Below, piece after piece: positions 53,007 to 64,000 of a DNA stretch of 64,000 bases. Each line of letters starts with the position of its first letter. Position 1 is the first letter of the stretch. The DNA is taken from positions 85,932,001-85,996,000 of the forward strand of contig NC_042999.1 of NCBI RefSeq assembly GCF_006345805.1. Reading direction: 5' to 3'. The position numbers were made by a program, and so were the translations under genes. Source of the DNA: Octopus sinensis. Its lineage: Eukaryota. Under the pieces are notes generated by a model that saw nothing but the letters and a program-made list of their open reading frames with translations, had not been told where the DNA came from and ran no database searches.

Positions 53007-55331
53007 TATAATTATATATATAGTTAGGTTATATTCTGTTGAGAACGTAGTAGAGTACCTTCAGATTTCACCCGGTGCTATCCAGTATTTGGTTATGCAA
53101 CCATTTCCCTGCATTATGAGATCTTGTGTTTCCTCAGGTGATGTATAAATATTGTTTCCGTAAACTCAAACTCTCGGCTTCAAGTGCATCCTCTCTGTCC
53201 GTCGTGCTTGCGAGATAGTAGTACCCACTCAGTGTATTAAAAAAATGCGTTGTGAACCACAACAATAAGTCCGAAAGAGAAGCACACTCTAAGACTTAGA
53301 GTTAAGTTATAAAGCAGTAGAGTAATTAGATAAAGATAGTTATGACCGGTCTATGGGGTTTCCCAGGGTTTCGCGTCCGTAAAGCTCTTAGCCTTACAGT
53401 GTCTCTTCAGTAGTTAATGGCCGGTGGCCTATAACTCTCTCTCTCTCTCTCTCACACACACACATACACACACACATACATACACACACACACATACACA
53501 CACACACACACATACACACACACACACACATACATACACACGTTTGTTTGTGCTTGTCTCCCACCATTGTTTGACGATCAGAGCTGGTTTGTCTACTTTC
53601 CCGTAACTCGGTAAAAGAGACCGATACAATAAATATCTTCAAGGCTGTGTCCTTGCATGGCTGCAGTCTAATAACTGAAGCTAGTGAAAAATAGATATTT
53701 TAGTTTAATTCCAATAAATAACATCGGCAAATGACGATTGATTAAGAAGTGTTGAGTGTCGTCGGCTTGAAATCATTAAATCTCAATTTAACTAAATCGA
53801 TTATTTGAATATCCCAATGTTTCTAATTTTGACAATGTAACTGTGTGTGCGCGCACGCGCGCGTGTTTGTCCTCCACCAGTACTTGACAACCGGTTTTGG
53901 TGTGTTTACGTTCTTGTAACCTAGCAGTTCGGCAAGAGGTTGATAGAATAAGTGCCAACCTTACAAAAAAAGCGTGAGGTAAGGAGAATATAATATTTAT
54001 TACATGGTTGAAAAAGTTAGTTAAAGACAGTGATATAGAGGAGGAGAGTTAGGTGTATAATTTTGGCAGAGGGGTGATGTTCTGATGGTGATGTTAAAGA
54101 AAGCACAGAGAGCGGGGAGAGAGATGATAGTGGAGATGGAGGTGGTGGAGCTGAGTGTATAGTGAAAAGTATATTTTTTTAAAATTGAACTAAGTTTTTT
54201 TTTATATCACCTATCTCTTAACGCATGCGCAAAAGTGCAATTCCGTGAAATATTCGCACTTATTTACGTGGCAGATATAGATTGTATGAAACGTACTGCG
54301 ATTTTTTCTTTTTTGTTTTGCTTTTTTTTGTTAATGGGAAAAATGGAAAACAAAGAGTGAATATTTATTCTATGTGTATTCCAATTTCTTTTACTTTTCA
54401 ATAAGTTGCTGATGAGCGACTATTTTTCCATACAGAAACAACATAGGCTACGCTTTCAGGTTTTTTGGATAAAGTTTTCAGAAATAACCCAATAAGTTTA
54501 CCATTAATTCCGTGAAATATTCACAGGTACCGCTAGTTTAAATTCTCCTTGTAAAAGCTATGTAAATTCAGATCCGATTTTCACAAGTCTTGTTCATCAG
54601 TGTGATCATTCATTTGCTTGCTAATAAACACGCTAACTTTATTTACTTTAACTTAGGGCTCCCGCATCGGACGATGCATGGGACAGCTGAAGTACTCTAG
54701 CAGGATCGGTCAATGCTTTTGTACTTTGAACTATTTTCGTGGCTTTGGAGACGGGTTCCGGAGACGAAGTGCATTTAGAAAAGACACTGCTGTCTCTGTT
54801 GACTGCTAGCCGTGGACGACGAAGCATTGTGTGGGTCGCTTTCAGTCACGGATACCTGGTCGTTGGTCATCTTGAAACTCCTTAATCCTGGCCGTAGCTA
54901 TAGCTCCTCCTTCCGCCTCGTAGTGCAGTCAATACCACTCCCTAAGGTGTTTTAGCCCGCCAGCTGAGGCGGTGTCTCGGGGTACGGCACGTAGAGCCAG
55001 CACATAAAAGATTTAAGGGATGGGAGCCAGTGATGCCTGTCCATCCTACCAGGTAATAGCTCTACCCAGAACGCTCTGCACTCAAACTTTGCTTCACCTT
55101 AAATGGCATTAAATGTAGATGAAAAGCTAACCCTATTCTTGGCGTAGAAATTTCTTCCACTCTGATCTCCAATTGAATGTGAAGGCATGCAGGATGTGTG
55201 GTTTGTTCCTAGCAAGTAATTCATGTTATTTCTTATCCCTTCCTTGTTTTAGTTATTGAACTGTGGCATGCTGGGGCACCGCCTTGAAGAATTTTCAGTC
55301 GAATGAATCTGTAGCGAAACACATCCCCTCT

Positions 55332-55375
<44 letters not shown>

Positions 55376-55753
55376 ATATACATTACTAAGGCGATCGTGC
55401 GGCGTTCCAAAAGGAGACTTTGTCACCATCTCCTTTACGTACGGTCGCTCTACAAATCGATCCCAGTACTCTTTTTTGTAAGGTTGGCACTTATTCTATC
55501 AACCTCTTGGATGCTCCTCCACCTTCTTTTCCCCTCCCCCTTCTCTTTCTCCCTCTTTTTCTCTCGCTCTTCACCTTTCCCTTTAACTAATCACGTGAAG
55601 CATTCCAGCTAAGTAACAGGGCTAAGTAACGGAGTGAAAGCATAACTGCCTACGTGAACATAATTTGGCCATTCAGTATCGGCTGGTATGTAACCAATGA
55701 AGCTGTGGATTTAAAAGAAAGTTGTGTAAAATTTCCGTCGAAAGTTTTAGAAT

Positions 55754-55984
55754 CTTTACTCTCTATACTCACTTTACTTGTTTCAGTCATTTGACTGTGG
55801 CCAAGCTGGAGCACCACGTTTAGTCGAGCAAATCGACCCCAGGACTTATTCTTTGTAAACCTAGTACTTACTCTATCGGTTTCTTTTGCCGAACCGCTAA
55901 GTTACGAGGACGTAAACACACCAGCATCGGTAGTCAAGCGATGTTGGGGGACAAACACAGATACACAAACATATACACACACAC

Positions 55985-56059
<75 letters not shown>

Positions 56060-56222
56060 CATATATACGACGGGTTTCTTTCAGTTTCCGTCTACCAAAT
56101 CCACTCATAAGGCTTTGGTCGGCCCGAAGCTATAGTAGAAGACAATTGCCTAAGGTGCCACGCAGTGGGACTGAACCCGGAATCATGTGGTTGGTAAGCA
56201 AGCTACTTACCACACAGCCACT
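55754..56222 (-). mobile_element. Bipartite tRNA-SINE copy with expanded internal (TA)n
   Basis: Same family; a further partial copy at about 56620-56880. Confidence 0.85.
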
Positions 56223-56713
56223 TGCCAAAGTTATACAATAAGTTAAGATTTTGAAATCCACGATAGAGCGAACTCAGGCGCCACACAGAACTTTGCCCCT
56301 CAGTTCCATGATTGGTTATCTTAATTTTTTATTTGTTCAATCTATAAACAACTATAATCATTTATCATATAATCAATTAAAATGTTGTTATATTTCGGAA
56401 CGGTCATTTTGTTGCCAAATAAAGGCAATCGCTATATCTTCGTTCTTCACTTTAGTTTTATTATTGTTTGTCCTTTGTCTTCAATCTTTCGTTACATTTT
56501 CTGCGACCTTCTCAGTGACTCTCCATCGCACGTGTCTTCTGTTCTGTTTAGTCCCTTCTTTCTAAATGTGTGACAAAAGATTATTTGGCACCCCCACCAA
56601 AAAACAAAACAAAACAAAGCAAAAAATGGCCATGCCGAACTGCTAAGTTACGGGGACGTAAACGCACCAACACCAGTTGTCAAGCGTTGGTAGAGATAAA
56701 CACAGATACAAAG

Positions 56714-56759
<46 letters not shown>

Positions 56760-57347
56760 TCGATGGGTTTCTTTAAGTTTCCGTCTATCAAATCCACTCA
56801 CAAAGCTTTGGTGGGCCCGAGGCTAGGGTAGAAGACACTTGCCCAAGGTGCCACGCAGTGGGACTGAACCCAGAACCTTGGAAAAATCTGTTGACCTGGT
56901 TTATTAAGTAACATTATAAAAAACACAAGCAAGTAGCTATGTCTCTCTTTGGTAAATGGACGCCAAACCATCGAGAGTTACGCTCGAGAATGGAATCACA
57001 CACACTCTCTCTAATTATAAAGACAACTATTTCTATGTCTTTCTTCGTAGCAGTCACACAGAGAATACTAATTCAATGAATCATGGATTCACAGAAAATA
57101 TTTTGCTGCAACAAACAAATAAAACTTGTGTATACACAACGGCGCGATGACGTCGTTGATTTTATATTGTAACGAATAACATTATAATCAATTTAAGAAA
57201 CGGCCTTCGTAACAATTAATGAATTGTTTTTCACTCAGTCGTTTCTCTGCTGCAAACTTCGACATTAAAACATCATCGTCGTTACAATATGATGATCACA
57301 TTTAAAAGGTCTTAAGGTTTTAGTGTAGAGCTGAACGGTTTGATATT

Positions 57348-57566
57348 TGAAGGGGTGCTGAACAGTTCCTGGCTTTAAGGGTGTCGCGAAAAGCTTGGTT
57401 GGATGCTCAACCTTCCGAGTTCTTTTACAGGGCTTAGAAAAACTGAAGGGCCGCCGTAATAAGTGTGTGAATCTAAAAAGGGGAATATATTGAATAAAAT
57501 CATAATTAACTGATCCTTTTGTAATTTTATTTTACTCAAAGCCAGGAACTTTTCAGCTTCCCCTCG
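57348..57566 (+). mobile_element. Mariner-derived MITE, same family
   Basis: Same internal sequence; TIR gccaggaacttttcagc. Confidence 0.8.
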
Positions 57567-58321
57567 TATTTTCTTATTTAGCAGTCAATTGACAGTTATT
57601 TATTTGTTCTCCCATTCAGCATAGAGCTGTAAGACACTGCATTATTTTCTAATGTGAGTTAGAGAATATGAACAGATCAATATTGGTACTTTCTGCTCAG
57701 TGGTGTAGCATAGGTTCTGGTCAACCTATGCAGTAGCCAAACAGGCTGTTCACTGATACGTGACCACACCAAATACATGTAAAATGACCGTCCTGTGCAG
57801 TACGTACAACCCGCTTATCCTCACACCACTCCACTGATTTTACGCCACTCCTCACTCATATTTACATATCACCGTCATGTCACATCACTCAAAATATTTT
57901 ATGGAATGCTCATCTTATCTGTTGTTAAATTTTGTCTTTTAAATCACTCGTCTATCTTTTATTTTTCTTTTAGTAATGCTACCCAATTATTTCATCGCTT
58001 GGTGCTTTATCCATATAGTGGCGCTCGATCTGATGTATTACAACAGACACGTACATACAGCAAATACGCAAACACACACACACGCGCACACTTACTCGAA
58101 CGCGTGCACACATATATAAAAGGGAAGTTACTCTAATAGGTGGAAAAAGAAAAAAGATAAAATATACATGCAACCATATTCCCATAATACATAAACATAA
58201 ACTTCCTGCGTTCACAACGTACACACACAATCAGGTATACGTACATGCACATACACACACACAAACATATATGTATGTACGTACTCATACATACACACAT
58301 ATCCACACACACACATACACA

Positions 58322-58367
<46 letters not shown>

Positions 58368-58482
58368 CAAAGGGTAAAATTAATTAATTCTCTGGGAGTC
58401 CCTTTTTTAAAGTAGACGAAATAGCTAAGTTTGTGGCTGCTATTTCTAAACTTCGGTATGTGGTAAAGCAAATCTTTGCTGA

Positions 58483-58542
<60 letters not shown>

Positions 58543-58762
58543 GGTGCTTACATGCATACACGTAACATAATACATATATATTTAGACATTTGTACGTATA
58601 AATATATAGGTAGAAAGGCAAAGAAACGCAAGTAGGTTTAATGCGTATATTTACATGGAAGGCTAAATACAGAGTACGGAATAAAGAAACAAAGTAAATG
58701 AAAGGAGTTATCTAATAGTTTTATCTTGAAAGGTGTCTCACCATGGCTTACTCTGTAACCAC

Positions 58763-58891
<129 letters not shown>

Positions 58892-60800
58892 TAATCAGAA
58901 AATGAAGAAAACTTCAGATCAACAAACAAATCAATTCGACAACATCTATAGCTTATTATTTAATACATTCGGCCTCTCTATTACTATAGAAAATGAAAAC
59001 TACTCTATCAACTCCTAAGACGTTAATTGTAATTTAAATACAGGTTTACACCAACCTTATATAAAACCTAACTCTAACCTAAAGTATATAAATTATCACA
59101 GTAACCATCCACAATCAGTAAAAAGAGCTCTAATAAGAGGCATTAGCAAAAGGATTTCCTATCTCTCCTCTAACGAGGACATATGTAATAGTCATAAGGA
59201 TAAGCATGATAAAACACTTATAGATGCAGGCTATAGAGGCAGAATCAAGTATATCCCACACGAGCATGTAATGAATATAAGTAATAACGACTATATAAAC
59301 CGCAACATTATAGTACACGGCCATACAACTAAGCGATGTAATAAAGTACAGGGAACTAAACATGTATCGCCCGATGAAACTATTGGTAAATCGGGAGACA
59401 TGATCTGGTGCATACTCTCTTTTCCCCTTTGCAATGCAAATAAGGACCAACTTAGCTAAGCAAATATTTAACGTTATAAATAAACACTTTGATAAGAATA
59501 ATAGGTATTCGAAACTTATAAATAGGAGAACAATAAGGATAAGTTATAGTCTTACACATAACTTAGCGATCATTATAGCCTCCCTGGATAATAAAAAAAA
59601 ATTAGATATTTTCTACTTAGATAGAAGCAGCAATGGCAACGACGGCGGTAATAGTAGGAATAAAAGCAATAAACACTACCCCAATCTTAGTAAAGGATAC
59701 ACTCAGAACCAGAATAATCATAACGATCTCAATAAACTTAACTCTACCCAACTAGAAAGCAATTCCCCCACTACAGCACAATCTATATGACTGTAGGAAT
59801 AGGGATAATTGTGCCTTCGGAAATACCTGTAGAATTAAGGATACAATTTACCAGTGTATAGTTTCAACACAGTCTAGTAAAATGAGTTATATAGGAACTA
59901 CCCAAAATGAGAAAAAACGTAGACTAGCCACACATCAACATTCTTTTAGAAATAGAAACAGAATTAACTCAACTAAGTAAGTATATTTGGGAACTCAAAG
60001 ATAATGATATTAGCTTCACATTAGAATGGGGGATGCTTGCTACTGCACCTTCGTATAACGAAAAAATAGGAAATGCTATCTTTGCAGTAATTAAATATTT
60101 CTTTTTCATTCTAACAGCACGAAACCCACTGTTGAACCTAAGAGAGGAGAGAAGTGTAGCCCTTGATAGTATTTTGAAGGATGTACATTTTACTCCTTAA
60201 TTAAAGTTAGTTTGTTAATAATAATACCGGGTCTCTTGCAGGTATTCATTTAAATACCCCTCTCCTTTTACCCAAATTCTGAGTTTAGGTCCTACCCCAC
60301 CCATATCAACCATCTGCATCTTATACCAATTAAGCTTACCAACTAACCCCTTGTAATAATGCCAGATATTTCATTCATGAACTTATTTGAGAACACAGAG
60401 GACATATGCATTCAACCACAATGTTATAATCCCTAACAACTACTTCAAATTCAAATTTTTATTTTAATTTTAATTTTATCTATTTTGTTCTGTTTTATCC
60501 GCCAGTACCTTTTATATCATTTGCTGTAATTTGTACTTAATTCTCTACCGACTTATTGTTCTTCCTACACTTAAATAGACCTTAATAGCCTTACCCACTT
60601 AGGAACAACAGTACCCTCTTGTAGGGTTTATTTTAGTTTTATTGAACATAATGTTACCGTCTTCCACCATACATTATATGTGTCTGCGCTTGGTACTTAC
60701 AGTAGTTGTACTTACCAGGAGATATTTGTAAAATTTGGATTTATTATGTAGGATTGAAAGTGTAATTTGTTGGAGGAAATAGCATGTCCGCACTCACTTG

Positions 60801-61091
60801 GGGTCAGTATAATTTTTAAATTATTAAATTTAATAATTTGAACAATCTAACTTTTAGGATAATGTAATGCATATTAAGTATATTTAGTAAACTGTTTGAA
60901 CATGAGAACTATATTCCATGGTACTAATTTGTTAGTGGACCTAGTATGACTGCACCTACGCAAGGGTCAATATAATTTTTAAATTATTAAATTTAATGAT
61001 ATGAACAATTTAACTTTTAGGATAACGTAATGCATATTAAGTATATTTAGTAAACTGTTTGAACATGGGAATTATGTTCATGATACTAATT
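60801..61091 (+). repeat. 163-bp-period direct duplication inside the Penelope 3' region
   Basis: gggtca...tactaatt at 60801-60929 and 60964-61091. Confidence 0.85.
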
Positions 61092-61949
61092 AACACGCGA
61101 CTTGGTCTTACATCTTAATCGCTTAAATGTTAGTGGTTTTGTGATTTTGCCTTGTCGTGTACATTTAAGGTGGAATTTTCTTAGGCATGTGTACACGTTT
61201 ACTTGTTTGTCCATTATTACCACCACTCGAATTCTATTTTCTACCTAGGATGTAAAACCTAACATTATTTTACCAGCTTTTTAAATGTATTATGTAATAT
61301 CTGTAATAGTTGACTCCCCTTAACTATTAAGTTACAGTATTTTTATTTGATCGCATTTATTTATTTATTTATTTATTCTTATTTGTATTATGTTGAGAAG
61401 CAGCAGAAGGCCATAAGCGGTCACGTACCACTTATATCATAGTCTTCTCCCCTACACCCTTTATTCATTTTCCTTTTTTGTTTACATATCCATTGAAACG
61501 GTTTTAACTTTTGCCTTTGGTTCAAATAATTCGCTAGACTTCAGCCTATCCCATTGCGGACAACAGGTAGTGTTCTCTGTAATATTTCTGTAAGTACACT
61601 ATCATATGAACCCTACGGTATTGTTTTTGATAAATATCAGCAAGAGAGATATTTACATTAACATAGGTAATGCTCTTTTTATAGACATGTTAGTAATTTT
61701 CTTGTATTTTTTTTTTTGCTAACTTCTTTTCACAACTTTTAAAACATCTTGGTTCCCCCTTTTTATGGAAATAACCCGAAAAAAGTTTTTCCCTAGACCA
61801 TTGCTAGATCACTCTTTTGCCTACGGACTTCGAAGCCTTATGATGGAAGATTGTATGGTTTTAATATATTTGGCCTCCAGACTTCTTCTCTAGGCCATAT
61901 TTTCTTTCCTATTCTCTCTTCCTTTTGTTTATTTTAGACGTTCTTGTAG

Positions 61950-62066
61950 TCACTCTGATGAAGCTCCACGTTCTAGTTCGAATATCCTATGAAGATGAAG
62001 AATATTATTTTCGTAATTCTTTCGTAGGCATTGACTGGCATCGGAAGCGGAAACGGCCGTAAGAAT
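61950..62066 (+). ncRNA. Candidate minimal type I hammerhead ribozyme in the Penelope pLTR
   Basis: CTGATGA 61955-61961; GAAA 62050-62053; palindromic stem III CGGCCG; GUA cleavage triplet ending at 62061. Confidence 0.6.
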
Positions 62067-62791
62067 TGTTATGTTACATAAATGCTATGTCATGTTTTGT
62101 ATTAAATAATAAGCTATAGATGTTGTCCAATTGATTTGTTTTTTGATCTGAAGTTTTCTCCATTTTCTGATTATTTACACTTGATTCCTGATAAAATTAA
62201 GTCTATTCTGTTGTTACCTGTTCTCTATGAGCATAGTGTGTCTGCATACCCATGCCCAGAGATAACACGGGTAACGGATATCGATAGTATATACGAATAG
62301 TTTATACCTTAGTCGGTTATTATAACCGTTAACTCTGCTTACCTATATATATATCAAGGCCACGGTTTGGCTCCCGTGCCGGTGACACGGGAAAAGCACC
62401 ATTCGAGCATGGTCGCTGCTAGCGTCGCTTTACCGGCACATGTGCCGGTGGCACGTGCAAAACAACATTCGAGCGTAGTCGTTGCTAGTACCGCCGGACT
62501 GGCTCCCGTGCAGGTAACGCGTAAAAACACCTTTCGATCGTGAACGTGGTCGTTGCCAGAACCGCCTGACTGGCCCGTGGGCCTGTGGCACGTAAAAAGC
62601 ACCCGCTACACTCTCGGAGTGGTTGGTGTTAAGAAGGGCATCCAGCTGTAGAAACTTTGCCAGACTAGATTTAGCCTGGTGCAGCTTATGGCTCACCAGT
62701 CCTCAGTCAAACCGTCCAACCCATGCCAGCATGGAAAGCGAACGTTAAGCGATGATTATGATGATATATGTGTGTGTGTGTATATATATAT

Positions 62792-62984
62792 TCTTTAATT
62801 CTTTTATTTGTTTCAGTCATTTGATTGTGGTCATGTTGGAGCACTGCCTTTAGTCGAACAAATCGACACCAGGACTTATTCTTTGTAAACCTAGTATTTA
62901 CTCTATCGGTCTCTTTTGCCGAACCGCCAAGTTACGGGAACGCAAACACACTAACATCGGTTGTCAAGCGATGTTGGGGGGACA

Positions 62985-63036
<52 letters not shown>

Positions 63037-63270
63037 TACACACACACACACACACTCTCACATACACACATGCGCGCACACACACACACACACACACATG
63101 TACACACTTACAACGGTTCTTTTTCAGTTTCCGTCTACCAAATCCACTCATCAGGTTTTGGTCAGCACGAGGCTATAGAAGACACTTGCCCAAGGTGCCA
63201 CGCAGTGGAACTGAACCCAGAACCATGTAGTTGAGAAGCAAGCTTCTTACCACACAGCCACTCCTGCGCC
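62792..63270 (-). mobile_element. Bipartite tRNA-SINE copy with expanded internal (CA)n
   Basis: Same family; full head ends ctcctgcgcc at 63270. Confidence 0.85.
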
Positions 63271-63302
<32 letters not shown>

Positions 63303-64000
63303 TGTATGTATGTATGCGTTGTCTCAAGGCTGTATCATGCGCGGAGACATAGAAATAATTGGACTGAATACCCGATCGCGCGGTTAAACCATTGGGAGTG
63401 AAGGACTACTAGCCTTTGTTAGGGCATCCTTCTAGGAGAAGGTAACTCAGGTAACTGGGATAACTCCAACATAAAACCTGCGGCTCAGTGGTTACCGATG
63501 ATGTCGACTTGCTCTTCTTTTCGGATTATGGCTACTGTTGCTTAGTGAGTGGGATTGATTCAGTGCACAGCCTTTCCTCACTTAAAAAAATATCTTCTTG
63601 CACAGGCATTGTACGATAACAACATTGATTAAGCTTCGTGTAATGGCCATACTCGACAACGAGGGGGCAACCACCATGTATGCGTTGCAGTGTTCGTTCT
63701 AGACTTTAACAGGTACATCTCATGGCCGAAGGTCTATCACACTTATGCGAAACTTTTAGTTATGTAGCTTGGTTTGTTCATATGATCATTACAAAGCTGT
63801 ATGTATGTATGTATGGACGGGTGAATGAATAGATGGATGGATGGATGGAGGGAGGGAGGGATGGATGGATGGATGGATACAAATACCCGCACAGACATTA
63901 ATCGTAACGAATGGAAGAAAACCTGTTATATATCAGAGATAGAAAGAATTTAATTCAACTGGAATCAAACTGACTGAAATCTTCAGTTTTAACAAGGAAA

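Larger units (their letters stand above)
58892..62340 (+). mobile_element. Penelope-like element (C-terminal GIY-YIG), 5'-truncated and decayed, inserted in (TA)n
   Basis: RT thumb DVNCNLNTGLHQPYIKPN...YHSNHP; IW/TNLAKQIFNVINKHF linker; DCRNRDNCAFGNTC...IYQC...YIGTTQ endonuclease; inverted terminal repeat 58892-58968 / 62098-62173; (TA)n on both sides. Confidence 0.85.

Noticed and set aside
54409-54439. CTGATGA ... GAAAC spacing resembling a hammerhead
   Set aside because: No stem II pairing and no stem I or cleavage triplet in a valid topology.
59785-59800. TGA at the expected first Cys of the Penelope CxC motif (ATA TGA C TGT AGG), suggesting selenocysteine
   Set aside because: A frameshift is needed here anyway, the alternative reading TAT GAC TGT fits equally well, and the copy has other stops. 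Selenoprotein PLEs are reported for N-terminal-EN Naiads, not for this domain order. A family consensus would settle it.

Overview
AT-rich, repeat-dense eukaryotic genomic DNA. The SINE, LINE and microsatellite content resembles an octopus (coleoid cephalopod) genome; this is inferred and not confirmed by search. The only host gene I can support is a minus-strand, multi-exon eIF2-alpha kinase of the HRI/EIF2AK1 type. I reconstructed it by hand from 15 GT-AG exons with consistent phases between 1791 and 34328, plus a candidate non-coding first exon near 41811. The last kinase exon(s) lie left of the window. The rest is mostly transposon material: several RTE-clade LINE copies and tails, a C-terminal-endonuclease Penelope-like element with an inverted terminal repeat and a hammerhead ribozyme motif, a CRE-like RT/RLE remnant, a Ty3/gypsy LTR-PBS-gag remnant, Helitron, hAT and Tc1/mariner remnants, MITEs, tRNA-derived SINEs and many microsatellites. 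Most ORFs in the supplied track are repeat artefacts. The most interesting items are: an HRI-like kinase lacking every recognisable heme ligand, a possible ATF4-like uORF layout in its own leader, the Penelope hammerhead with an extended stem II, and a PHD finger inserted within the RTE reverse transcriptase.
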